Below, in pieces: positions 47,235 to 56,615 of a DNA stretch of 64,000 nt. The first letter of the stretch is position 1. Each line of letters starts with the position of its first letter. The notes under the pieces are model-generated. The model searched no databases. It was given only the letters and a program-made list of their open reading frames with translations, and was not told where the DNA came from. The DNA lies in the NCBI GenBank assembly GCA_963847625.1, contig CAWKAR010000022.1:34405-98404 (forward strand). Direction: 5' to 3'. The stretch is from a candidate division FCPU426 bacterium. GTDB lineage: Bacteria > Oederibacteriota > Muellerivitia > Muellerivitales > Muellerivitaceae. Both the position numbers and the translations under genes were made by a program.

Positions 47235-50200
47235 TCAATAGAACTCCACCGCATCAACAAGAGCGGTTCCGCCAGTCCAAGTTCCCGCGCCTCCCGCGCC
47301 GAATTGAATCCCAAACTTCTGGACTTGTGTAACATCGCTAAATGGCGATGGGAAATCTAAGGCTGTCCAGGTGGCCGCGGTTAAATTGGTCCAAGTACCT
47401 GCTTGATAGGCCCAACTTGCCCCGCTATTGGACCATATGAAAGAACCTGTTGGATTGGTGGATAAAGCAACATCTTCATAAACTTCAGCGCGAATTCCCG
47501 AAATGTTGTAAGAGGATAGATCTGTCGCGGAAGCGTATTGACAAAAGATATCGACGGTGTCATTTAATGCCCCGAAGGTAACTCCTGCGGCCAAACAACC
47601 CGCGCTTCCATCGTAGCCAGGCGCAAAAATGGATAATGCGCCAATTGCTGCAGATCCACTAAAGTCGGTTTGCCAGCCGGTTGGAACCGATCCACCGTCA
47701 AATTCGTAAGAGATGGCGGAAATCACGGGTAAAGGTGTTGAGGTAGGTGTAGGAGTGGGAGCACTTATGTTTATATTGACATCGTCAACATAAACATTTC
47801 CGGAAGCTCCGGCAGGGACGTTGCCCATCTGTAAACCAATAGCGGTAACAGCCGTGTCACTGGGGGAAACATTAATGGTTACCGGAACCCAACGAGCATC
47901 ATCCGCTCCCTTGTTCATTTTATGCCAATTGCCATTCCAATTGGTGATTGCACTCAGATAAAAAGGCTGAATATCTGTGATCCAATCGGTTGAATTAACC
48001 AAGCTGGTATCCACCCAAACGTACATTGTGATTTGAGCACCAGACATGTTTTGGGGTGTGGCGTAGAGAAGCGTCAAGTTGATGTTCACGGAACTACTTG
48101 ACGTGTTGTTGATATTGGTAAAGTAAGAATTCGTTCCGCTATGAGCTTCGGTCGAAGATAGACCGTGGGCTATAATGACGCTAGCCGGAGCGCCATTTGC
48201 GGGAAATGGATACCAGCAATCCTCCGAGGTTTCAAACGTATAGGTTGATTGAATGCTGGGCGCCATGCAGTAGGGTTTAATAGTGACCGCGTCGATGTAG
48301 ATATTGCCCGTAGCCCCCGGAGCGATTCCAGGAACCTGAAACCCAACCCGGGAAACATTATGGGTATCCACTTTACCGCCGGACCCAGAAGTCACCATGG
48401 TCATTTTAATCCACTGGCCACCGGTAATATTTGTCCATGACGTTTCCATAGGATAAGTAGCGCTTGTTCCACCCACAGCTGTTACGCTTTGGTCAAAGAG
48501 TTGGGCGCCGGTGTTGCCCAAACTGCCATCACAGTAAATATAGGCTTCAATCGTGCCGCCCTCGAAATCCTGGGCGGTACCATAGTCAACTTCCATTTGT
48601 AACGTCCCAGTATTTGTAGTGGATGGATTGGTTACGTTAATAGCCAAAGCTCCTGTACTGCCAATTTTATAATCCACTTGCGCCGTTGAAATGTTGATAC
48701 TGTTTACGTTCACATTCGTGCCGCCGTATGGATCCGAATGCCAACAATCCGTGCTGGTCGCGAAGGTGTAAGTTGTCTGGATAGAAGGCGCATAGCAGAT
48801 AGCTGGGACGGGGGTAGGTGTATTCAGCGCCTGTGCCGTCGCCTGGATAACCAGGTGGTAATCCCCGCTCGGCGCATTCTCCGAAAAGGCGTAAACCACC
48901 ACTGTATATTGTTGGGCGGTCAAGCTCACCGTCTGTTGATCCAAGGGAGTGTTCCCGGCTGAACACGCCGCCAGGGTGCCTGTCGAATCGTACAGGTCGT
49001 ATGCCGCGAGGACTTTGCCCGTCCCGTCGTCGAAGCAGTCCAGCGAGATCACAAAGTTACCCGCCGCCCCCGGTGTGAAGGTCCAGCTGTTGGTGTACTC
49101 GAAATTCCAGTCGATGTGGCCGGTTCCTACCGCGTCCGTCGTTACCGTCCCCAAGTCGGTGGTGCCAGTTCCTAGCGGCACCGGCACTGCCACGGGAGTC
49201 AGAGTGCAGGCAGGTTTAAAGGTGGTGAGACAAAGCGTGAAAGGCCCGAAGTCTCCCGCGGTGTTACCGTCCACGACCACATAATAGGTACCAGCCGGAA
49301 GAACTCCCGTTGCCAATGAGGAGGATGTGTTTCCGCAAGAGGCGGAATCATCGTCAAAAGCGATGGTGGTGTTAGGATCGGTCTCATTGGTCCGAACATA
49401 TAGGACCGAGTCGAAATTGTTGCTGGTACAGAGACTGATAAACAGGTTCTGGGGGGCCAGGAGCGTGAACGAGTAGGCAATGTCTGGTGCCCCAGATCCG
49501 TAATTGATAGAACCAATCGTTTCGCTGTGATGGTCGAGGAGATTGGTCGTATCGTCCGTTATGCAAGCCCCGTCGATATTGCCGGTAATGTCCGTAACGT
49601 TGGGAATAGCTGTCTCTGTCGCCCGCACCTGCTGAGTCGCCGTGGCTTGTGCCTGTGCCGTTTGCGTGGCCTGCTCTTGATAGGTCGCTGTAGCAATGGC
49701 TACTTGCGTTTGAGTGGCCTGCTCTTGATAGGTCGCAGTTGGGATGGCTATTTGCGTTTGAGTGGCCTGCGCTTGATAGGTCGCTGTAGCTATGGCTACT
49801 TGCGTTTGAGTGGCCTGCTCTTGATAGGTCGCAGTTGGGATGGCTACTTGCGTTTCCGTGGCCTGCTCTTGATAGGTCGCAGTTGGGATGGCTACTTGCG
49901 TTTCCGTGGCCTGCTCTTGATAGGTCGCCGTAGCAATGGCTACTTGCGTTTGAGTGGCCTGCTCTTGATAGGTCGCAGTTGGGATGGCTACTTGCGTTTC
50001 CGTGGCCTGCTCTTGATAGGTCGCTGTAGCGATGGCTACTTGCGTTTGAGTGGCCTGCTCTTGATAGGTCGCAGTTGGGATGGCTATTTGCGTTTGCGTG
50101 GCCTGTGCTTGATTGGTCGCGGTAGCTATGGCTACTTGCGTTTGAGTGGCCTGCTCTTGATAGGTCGCAGTTGGGATGGCTACTTGCGTTTGCGTGGCCT

Positions 50201-50603
50201 GCGCTTGATAGGTCGCAGTTGGGATGGCTACTTGCGTTTCCGTGGCCTGCTCTTGATAGGTCGCTGTAGCGATGGCTACTTGCGTTTGAGTGGCCTGCTC
50301 TTGATAGGTCGCAGTTGGGATGGCTACTTGCGTTTGCGTGGCCTGCGCTTGATAGGTCGCTGTAGCGATGGCTACTTGCGTTTGAGTGGCTTGTGCCTGC
50401 GCCGTCGCAGTCTGAATCACCTGCTGAGTCGCCGTGAGATTTGGCGTAGTGGTCGCCGTACTAGTGGTTGTTGGAGTAAAAGTTTTAGTGTCAGCAGGAG
50501 GGGGAGTAGTAGGGTTGGATTTAGAACCGCACCCTTGCCCGATCACCCAAGTCGCCATTAAAAGGATCAACGGCATGATCAAAATGAATTTTTTCGTCTC
50601 CAT
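47235..50603 (-). CDS. Large surface lipoprotein: 16-aa repeat stalk, two PPC-like domains, three CBM-like beta modules
   Basis: GQGC lipobox; GGAGGAA SD before ATG 50603; FDSVLYVR...DDD...AGTYYVVVDG; modules ending IYIDAV, VYVDDV, ALVDAVEF; no catalytic motif recognised. Confidence 0.78.
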   Translation of the reverse strand: METKKFILIMPLILLMATWVIGQGCGSKSNPTTPPPADTKTFTPTTTSTATTTPNLTATQQVIQTATAQAQATQTQVAIATATYQAQATQTQVAIPTATYQEQATQTQVAIATATYQEQATETQVAIPTATYQAQATQTQVAIPTATYQEQATQTQVAIATATNQAQATQTQIAIPTATYQEQATQTQVAIATATYQEQATETQVAIPTATYQEQATQTQVAIATATYQEQATETQVAIPTATYQEQATETQVAIPTATYQEQATQTQVAIATATYQAQATQTQIAIPTATYQEQATQTQVAIATATYQEQATQTAQAQATATQQVRATETAIPNVTDITGNIDGACITDDTTNLLDHHSETIGSINYGSGAPDIAYSFTLLAPQNLFISLCTSNNFDSVLYVRTNETDPNTTIAFDDDSASCGNTSSSLATGVLPAGTYYVVVDGNTAGDFGPFTLCLTTFKPACTLTPVAVPVPLGTGTTDLGTVTTDAVGTGHIDWNFEYTNSWTFTPGAAGNFVISLDCFDDGTGKVLAAYDLYDSTGTLAACSAGNTPLDQQTVSLTAQQYTVVVYAFSENAPSGDYHLVIQATAQALNTPTPVPAICYAPSIQTTYTFATSTDCWHSDPYGGTNVNVNSINISTAQVDYKIGSTGALAINVTNPSTTNTGTLQMEVDYGTAQDFEGGTIEAYIYCDGSLGNTGAQLFDQSVTAVGGTSATYPMETSWTNITGGQWIKMTMVTSGSGGKVDTHNVSRVGFQVPGIAPGATGNIYIDAVTIKPYCMAPSIQSTYTFETSEDCWYPFPANGAPASVIIAHGLSSTEAHSGTNSYFTNINNTSSSSVNINLTLLYATPQNMSGAQITMYVWVDTSLVNSTDWITDIQPFYLSAITNWNGNWHKMNKGADDARWVPVTINVSPSDTAVTAIGLQMGNVPAGASGNVYVDDVNINISAPTPTPTSTPLPVISAISYEFDGGSVPTGWQTDFSGSAAIGALSIFAPGYDGSAGCLAAGVTFGALNDTVDIFCQYASATDLSSYNISGIRAEVYEDVALSTNPTGSFIWSNSGASWAYQAGTWTNLTAATWTALDFPSPFSDVTQVQKFGIQFGAGGAGTWTGGTALVDAVEFY
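49671..50390. repeat. Coding tandem repeat, 15 x 48 bp
   Basis: Unit encodes AT(Q/E)TQ(V/I)AI(A/P)TAT(Y/N)Q(E/A)Q; 720 bp = 15 units, nearly identical at the DNA level. Confidence 0.95.
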
Positions 50604-50745
50604 ATTTCCTCCAAGATTTATTAAATTAATTTTCAGCACAAAGCTATTTTGCCAGGGTGGTAGGTTAAACTAAATGAATTGACATGTCCAATAAAAAAAG
50701 CGTTTAAATAAAGGGAAAATCGTTTCACTTAACGATAAATTTTTT

Positions 50746-52067
50746 CACAAGTGTCCGGTTAAAAACGCAGTAAAGACAATTGGTTTTCAGTGTTGGTGTT
50801 TTCTGAAATGCAGGCGTCGTCTGAAAACGCTTGTAGTATAGGGGTTTTCTCAAAAAGGGTGACGCTCAAAATCTGTAGGATTGTGTAAAGGCTTAATTGA
50901 AGGCCGAGTTTTTTCTTGACGATGGCGACTAAGACATACACGCAAATAGCGATCCAAATTTGGGTTTTGACGGCATTGGATGATGTGCCAAAGAAAGCTT
51001 TGATGCGAAGATGCTGTTTGATCCACTTGAAGAAGAGTTCGACTTGCCATCTAGATTTGTAGAGTTGACAGATGGTCAAAGCTGGTAAGACGAAGTTATT
51101 GGTAAGAAAAACCAAGCGCTTACGGGTGATGGGGTCAACGAAGCCGATGCGGCGTAGGGGATGAGGATATTCCTTGAACTTATTCGGATCGGCCAAGACG
51201 ACAGTCTGGTCGAACCGAAGGCCCAGAGATAAATTCACAGGGGCGGAATATCGCCGATAGAAGTTAAAATTGGACTTGGCACGTATGACAAAGAAGGAAA
51301 GGTTTTCGATGAGGCGGTTCAATCTGCTGAAATCCGTGTAGCCACGGTCGAGCATGTAGAAGGAGCCTGGTTCCAAGGGTAGGATGTCCAGCAAATGTAC
51401 GTCATGCACGGAAGCGTTGGAAACACAGGCAAAAGCGGGAATGTTGCTTCTGAGGTTGAGAAGGGTGTGTAGTTTGACGCCTGATTTCGTGGACCGAAAG
51501 CGCGCCCAAGGAAAGAGCGATAGGCATAGGTCGATGATGGTGGAGTCCAAGGCATAGGCGGCTTGGTTCAAGTCCACGCTAAAATCGTCATTGGTGTAAA
51601 GGGATTGGGCGGTTTTGATCAGGACTTGGGCGAAGTCGGCGTAGATACGCCAATCTCGCTTTTGGTTGGCGTCAGCCAGTGTAGCCCTGGCGACCCGTCC
51701 ACGGATACCTACGTGGTAAAGTTTGTTTTTGAAGGAACCCAGACAGGCTTCAATGTCGCGGAGACCTTCCCGGTAGGTAAGCTGGGCGAAAACCATGCAG
51801 AGGAATTGATCGAGACAGGAGAAGCTGCGGATCCTACGGTTGCCGTGGTAGCGATCAACGCATTTCTGAAACTCATGGCGGGGAAAGAAGTCCATCAACT
51901 GAGCAAAAACAGTACGTCCGGCATTCATAAGGAACCACCCTTTCTTGGATGAAAGGATGGTGAGGCAGGACGATTCAGTTCAAATCGAAAAAGGTCGTTT
52001 AGGCATGGAACAGATTACAGGCAAAGGCTTTTAGAGTTTTTGGAAGATCGTTAACCGGACACTAGTG
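50746..52067 (-). mobile_element. Complete IS4-family insertion sequence (1322 bp)
   Basis: 17-bp terminal IRs CACAAGTGTCCGGTTAA / TTAACCGGACACTAGTG (one mismatch); 9-bp target duplication AAATTTTTT at 50737-50745 and 52068-52076. Confidence 0.95.
50759..51928 (-). CDS. IS4-family DDE transposase (DUF4372-type N-terminus)
   Basis: ALDSTII, GVKLH, DRGY, YKSRWQVELFFKWIKQ; intact 389 aa. Confidence 0.96.
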   Translation of the reverse strand: MNAGRTVFAQLMDFFPRHEFQKCVDRYHGNRRIRSFSCLDQFLCMVFAQLTYREGLRDIEACLGSFKNKLYHVGIRGRVARATLADANQKRDWRIYADFAQVLIKTAQSLYTNDDFSVDLNQAAYALDSTIIDLCLSLFPWARFRSTKSGVKLHTLLNLRSNIPAFACVSNASVHDVHLLDILPLEPGSFYMLDRGYTDFSRLNRLIENLSFFVIRAKSNFNFYRRYSAPVNLSLGLRFDQTVVLADPNKFKEYPHPLRRIGFVDPITRKRLVFLTNNFVLPALTICQLYKSRWQVELFFKWIKQHLRIKAFFGTSSNAVKTQIWIAICVYVLVAIVKKKLGLQLSLYTILQILSVTLFEKTPILQAFSDDACISENTNTENQLSLLRF

Positions 52068-52350
52068 AAATTTTTTAAAAATTTAACGCATTTTTTACAC
52101 AAAAAGGCGAAAATTGTAAACCCCTGAAAAAACAGCGTATCCTTCAAGCGAAGCGCTTTTTTATGCCCAAAAACATTCCGATTTTTCCAACCTGAATGAC
52201 GCAAAAAATTAAAGGGTTCCCGGAATTTTCATGGTTTTTACCCTATTTTTATGGCAATTCAGAAGAATTTTAGTATCATGACGGCTTCCCAGGAGCCTTT
52301 CCGGGCTTGGGATGCAGTTAAATTTTAATTAGTAGAAAGGTAGTTGCAGC

Positions 52351-52551
52351 ATGGCACAAGGTACAGTCAAGTGGTTTAAGAACGAAAAAGGTTTTGGCTT
52401 CATTTCCCAAGACGGGGGAGAGGATGTGTTCGTCCATTTCTCCTCTATCCAAACAGATGGATATAAATCCCTCAACGAGGGAGACAGGGTGGAGTTTGAG
52501 GTTACCCAGGGACAGAAGGGGTTGAAGGCCGAAAACGTGCGCAAGATCTAA
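52351..52551 (+). CDS. Cold-shock protein (CspA family)
   Basis: GTVKWF, KGFGFI, DVFVHFS; 66 aa. Confidence 0.97.
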   Translation: MAQGTVKWFKNEKGFGFISQDGGEDVFVHFSSIQTDGYKSLNEGDRVEFEVTQGQKGLKAENVRKI

Positions 52552-52565
52552 AGTCGAGCGGCGTC

Positions 52566-52605
52566 AAAAAAGCCTCCGGGGCAACCCCCGGGGGCTTTTT
52601 TATTT
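52566..52605 (+). terminator. Intrinsic terminator after the csp gene
   Basis: AAAAAAGCCTCCGGGG-loop-CCCCGGGGGCTTTTTT. Confidence 0.85.
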
Positions 52606-52738
52606 TCAGGGAATGCATTTTTCAAAGTCAGATGTAGCACTAAGGGTGCAAGGCACTCAAAAAAGAATTTCACAAAATAGTGCGCTTTATTCAATTTACG
52701 GTTAAATACTGCCCCTGCGGGTTATTCCCGAGTCTTCC

Positions 52739-53482
52739 TCACCATTTCTGGCATTTGGCTTGGGTTCTGCGGTAATTCTCCAAAGTATCGATCCGGGCGT
52801 TGCCCTCCAGGACCTCCCTTTTAAACCCCGAGTAGAGGTTGTCCACGATCCCCTTGATCCTTGACGCCAGTATTTTTTTTGCCTGCCCGAGGGATGAAAC
52901 CGAAAGGGGGTCGGCCTTTGTCGGCAGGGAAAGATCCCCCTTGAGGGCCCTTTCCATTTTATCCCGGTATTCTTTCAGCGCCCCCAAGTTGATGGCCACA
53001 TGCTGGTTCTCGTGGTCCCGAATGACCTGGTAGGGGCAGCTTCCCTCCCCGTACTGGCTGGAGATGAAGACATCCATTTTGGTGAACGAAAAATCCACGT
53101 TCACCGATTCCAACCAGACGCAAACCCGCCGGCTGTCGCTTCTCCGCATCCCCCCGATCCGGAAATCAGTTTTCAATTCATGCTCGGCGAGGGTGAGGCC
53201 CGGCTCATGCATGTTCCGCAAATGCAGTTTCTGGTGCCGCATTGCCTCGATCTGCCTCGTGCTATGGTCATGGTAGTAGGTAGGCTGGATGGGCCTGCTG
53301 GTGACGCGGATCACGGAGGTCCGGTCGAACATCGGGTCAGCCTTGCATTGGGCAAAAGCCTTTAATCCACCGAGGACGAGAAAGATGCCCAATACAACCA
53401 GGAATCCCTTTATCCACTGCAACCTCACAGTTGGTTTTTTGGCTTTAAACCCGTGGTTGGCTTCCTTTTTCGGTTTTTTCAT
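52739..53482 (-). CDS. Exported putative Zn-dependent protease-like protein (DUF922-like)
   Basis: N-terminal TM/signal, PGLT, HENQH (HExxH), four Cys; ATG 53482 overlaps the upstream stop. Confidence 0.6.
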   Translation of the reverse strand: MKKPKKEANHGFKAKKPTVRLQWIKGFLVVLGIFLVLGGLKAFAQCKADPMFDRTSVIRVTSRPIQPTYYHDHSTRQIEAMRHQKLHLRNMHEPGLTLAEHELKTDFRIGGMRRSDSRRVCVWLESVNVDFSFTKMDVFISSQYGEGSCPYQVIRDHENQHVAINLGALKEYRDKMERALKGDLSLPTKADPLSVSSLGQAKKILASRIKGIVDNLYSGFKREVLEGNARIDTLENYRRTQAKCQKW

Positions 53483-54138
53483 TTCAATTCTTTTATAACA
53501 CCCTGGATTTTTTTCCTTCCGGTCAAAAGATCCGCGCCCAGAGCATAAGGGTCCAAACCCATGTCCCCCCTTCGCAGAACCGACGCCAGGAAACCAAATC
53601 GCTCCAAGGAAGGATCGAACCGGAATTGCCAGACCCACCCGAGACACCGGCAGGCCGTCTCACCCAGATAGGTCCCCACCACACCCAACCGGATCAGGGC
53701 ATCTTCCCTTTTTATAATCTCGCCTAATATTACTGGGAGTTGCGCCGGAAGCCCGAGAAGGGATTCCAGGGTGAAGTCCGGGTTGATTTCCTTTAAATCC
53801 TCGTCGGCGTTCCGAACCAGCCGGGAAATGGTCCTTTCCGCATTCGCTAAATCGTTCTCAATCGGTTGATCTGTCGGTTTTCGGCTCGTGATGATTTGTT
53901 GGACCAGCCCTATGGCATTTTTTCTTTGTCGGGAGGTTGAACTCCACCGGCGATAGGCCACCGTACCGGAAAGTAGCCCCCCTAATAGGGCGGCTCCGAG
54001 CACTCCCATCCTTGGTGCGGCCGGGAAGAACAGATTAGGGTACAAGCCTCGCAAAATCCCACCTGCCACAAGCAGGATGGAAAGGATGAAAAAGGGCAGG
54101 GATAGGCTCATTTTCCTCTTCAAATCAAAACCTTTCAT
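53479..54138 (-). CDS. Hypothetical membrane protein
   Basis: Two N-terminal TMs, GTYLGE...GWVW; coupled to the next gene. Confidence 0.65.
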   Translation of the reverse strand: MKGFDLKRKMSLSLPFFILSILLVAGGILRGLYPNLFFPAAPRMGVLGAALLGGLLSGTVAYRRWSSTSRQRKNAIGLVQQIITSRKPTDQPIENDLANAERTISRLVRNADEDLKEINPDFTLESLLGLPAQLPVILGEIIKREDALIRLGVVGTYLGETACRCLGWVWQFRFDPSLERFGFLASVLRRGDMGLDPYALGADLLTGRKKIQGVIKELK

Positions 54139-54356
54139 CTAAGGCGTCTCTAACCGATTAGTGAAAAGTCTATAAAACAGACTTTTCAGCTAACGACATT
54201 TGTGGTAACCCCACGATTCCTGCGGAATCTTTGGGGTCGCAGGCTGTTTTGTCCCACTTTTCAATACTGATTTATTGAGAGCGGGACTATGCCGCATTCC
54301 ATATGATTAAAGAATTCAGAATAGCGGTATGTGGGACTATTTTTTTCAGCAGCCTG

Positions 54357-54935
54357 CTAAAACTCGATTCCCTCTTTTGGGGGTATTTTTTTATCGAAGT
54401 AGTGCTTTTTCTTGCGCATTTCCGTGACCAGATCCGCCTTTTTCACCAGCCCGGGCCAAACCTGGTGGCCGGTGATCACCAACTCGCACCGGCGTTTCCG
54501 GTCATAAAGTTCGACCAGGTCCATCACTTCTTTTCTGCTTATAAGCCGGCACATGACAGCCGCTAATATCTCATCCAGGATCAAAAGGTCTTGCTTCCCT
54601 TTTTGGATTAATTCCCGGGATTTTGCCAAGGCCGCTTGTGCCTGTTCAAAGTCTCCGGGCTCGTTCCGGAAACGAAAGGCTTTAGGCCCCAGCACCCTTT
54701 CCCGGCCGAAGGGAAAAAGCGACATATTCGATAGGGACCGAAGGATCTTACGTTCGGAATAAGGCACTCTGGTCCCCTCATGCCCCTTGTCAAATTGGAC
54801 CAGGGCCACTTTTTTCCCCGCCCCGAGCAACCTGACCGCCAAGCCGATGGCGGCGGTGGTTTTTCCTTTGCCGTAGCCGTAGTAAATATGCAACCGGTGT
54901 TGCAAGATTCCCATACGCGAAAGCTCCTTAAACAA
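54357..54935 (-). CDS. cobO: Cob(I)yrinic acid a,c-diamide adenosyltransferase (CobO/BtuR family)
   Basis: YYGYGKGKTTAAIG, VQFDKG, LILDEI, ELVITG, ADLVTEM...KHYF...GIEF. Confidence 0.9.
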   Translation of the reverse strand: MFKELSRMGILQHRLHIYYGYGKGKTTAAIGLAVRLLGAGKKVALVQFDKGHEGTRVPYSERKILRSLSNMSLFPFGRERVLGPKAFRFRNEPGDFEQAQAALAKSRELIQKGKQDLLILDEILAAVMCRLISRKEVMDLVELYDRKRRCELVITGHQVWPGLVKKADLVTEMRKKKHYFDKKIPPKEGIEF

Positions 54936-55055
54936 CTACAGTCTCAAGGAAAGGGTAATTGATTTCAACCGCAGACGATAAAAAGTTCGGTGAAAACAAA
55001 TTCATCGGAAAACATGGATTTTCAAAAGAAAAGTTCCAGACGGTATATCAATGTT

Positions 55056-55757
55056 TTATTTTGTTGTTAACTGCCTGAACACCTTGGAATCCTTTATCCT
55101 TTTAAAGTTCTCGTCTTTTAGGACATCCTTCTTGTACCGGGGGGAAAGAGTAAAGGCTTTCTTGAGCCATTGGACGGCCTCCTTTTCCTTGCCCTGCTCC
55201 GCGTAACAACTGGCGATGTTGTAAAGGGCGCTCGAGTCCTTGGAGTCGATCTTCGATTCCTTTTGGAAGGCCGGGATGGCGTTATCGTAGTCTTTTTTAC
55301 CGGCGTAACAGCGTCCCAGGAAGAACTGGAGCATGGGATCCCCGTCGTATTTGGCCTTCGCCTTCAGCAGCCAGGGCAGGGCCAGGTCGTACTGTTGGTG
55401 CCTTACGTAGTATTCCCCCAGCAGAAAATAGAGGTCCATGAAATTCGGGACAATCAGCTTGTAGGTTTTTCCCTCCTTCGCGGCCTGGGCTTTCTCGAGC
55501 TCATCATGGCATTTCGCGAAGTTCAGCATGGAAGGGACGGCTTCGTTCGCTTTGCCCTGATCCATTCGCATCATGGTAAGAAAATAATAGGAATATAGGG
55601 ATTTAGGGTTTGTCTTCAACCGGGTCCGGCAAATTAGTTCCAACCGGTCATACTGCTTGTCCTGCAATAGCTTGGCCATCGGGCCGAACGGATCGTCCCC
55701 CCGAACCCCTGGCGCCATTAGCACCGCCAGCAGGAAAAACAGGGAAAATTTTTTCAT
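55056..55757 (-). CDS. Exported TPR protein
   Basis: Signal peptide; TPRs; ALYNIASCYA...AVQWLKKAF...DENFKRIK tail. Confidence 0.8.
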   Translation of the reverse strand: MKKFSLFFLLAVLMAPGVRGDDPFGPMAKLLQDKQYDRLELICRTRLKTNPKSLYSYYFLTMMRMDQGKANEAVPSMLNFAKCHDELEKAQAAKEGKTYKLIVPNFMDLYFLLGEYYVRHQQYDLALPWLLKAKAKYDGDPMLQFFLGRCYAGKKDYDNAIPAFQKESKIDSKDSSALYNIASCYAEQGKEKEAVQWLKKAFTLSPRYKKDVLKDENFKRIKDSKVFRQLTTK

Positions 55758-55975
55758 GGAATTCGCCTCCGAAAGAGCAATATGTCTTCGATCCCCCGGA
55801 CCTTCGGGGGCCCTTGAATTACAGGATTAATTTAGTACCAAATGGGCGATTCCCGGAGAATAAAAAGGGGTTGATCGAAAAAAACTGGATTCTATTTAAA
55901 CCAAAAAAGCATTCGAAACATTGATAAACGCGTGCGAAACGCGTAATCATTCATCATCGTTTTTGGAGGAAAAGA

Positions 55976-56335
55976 TTATTTCTCGAGAACCGGCTGGTTG
56001 AGGGAGATGTTGCGAATGACTTTTTGGATTGACTTATCAGGCATCATGAATCGCACGCCACAATGGGCCTTTTGGGCCCAGATAATTTTCGCGTAAACCT
56101 CGACATTACTATCTTTTTCCGCCTCGAAACTCAACTTCAGTATGGAATCAACGTCGAAAGATTTTTTGGTCTCCAGCTTCAATCCGCCTTCACTGATGTT
56201 ATGGCTTTGGGCCGGAATGACTTTGTCTTGGACCTCATAGATGTTGCCGGATTTGGATGGAAGAACCGGATAAACTTGAATAGGTTTTTGGAACATAAAA
56301 CGATCGAAATGGCGTTTTTCCTCAAGATTTTCCAT
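55976..56335 (-). CDS. Single-domain PilZ protein (putative c-di-GMP receptor)
   Basis: RHFDR (RxxxR), NISEGG (D/NxSxxG), CGVRF. Confidence 0.88.
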   Translation of the reverse strand: MENLEEKRHFDRFMFQKPIQVYPVLPSKSGNIYEVQDKVIPAQSHNISEGGLKLETKKSFDVDSILKLSFEAEKDSNVEVYAKIIWAQKAHCGVRFMMPDKSIQKVIRNISLNQPVLEK

Positions 56336-56362
56336 TTACCACAACCCCTTGAAACCGCTCTC

Positions 56363-56400
56363 ATGAACATATGTTCATACAACGTAAGTTAATTATATCA
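56363..56400 (-). promoter_or_regulatory. Extended -10 promoter followed by a 16-bp palindromic operator
   Basis: TGATATAAT at 56400-56392; perfect palindrome ATGAACATATGTTCAT at 56363-56378. Confidence 0.62.
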
Positions 56401-56615
56401 GGTAAACGAAAAACATTTTTCTTGAAAAATGATTCACTCAAAAAATGGCGAAAATCGATTTTAGTTTTTTAGATCAAATTCGCTCACTTAAGTGAAAACG
56501 GAATTTCCTGTGAAGAGGAACTTTACTAATAAATATAAGAGGTATCCTCAGGTTTTAGATGGAATGAAAATATTTTCTAAGGATGTTTTCTTCGGAAGCT
56601 TATTCCACTCCGGCA

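Noticed and set aside
49671..50390. Possible CRISPR array
   Set aside because: Contiguous units without unique spacers, in frame within a CDS, and no cas genes.
49527..50561. 344-aa plus-strand ORF with LLIGR repeats
   Set aside because: Antisense shadow of the 48-bp coding repeat; no SD or domain.
54303..54566. 87-aa ORF as a transposase remnant
   Set aside because: Only the FFSSLL stretch from the IS-like end is suggestive; the rest is antisense to cobO.
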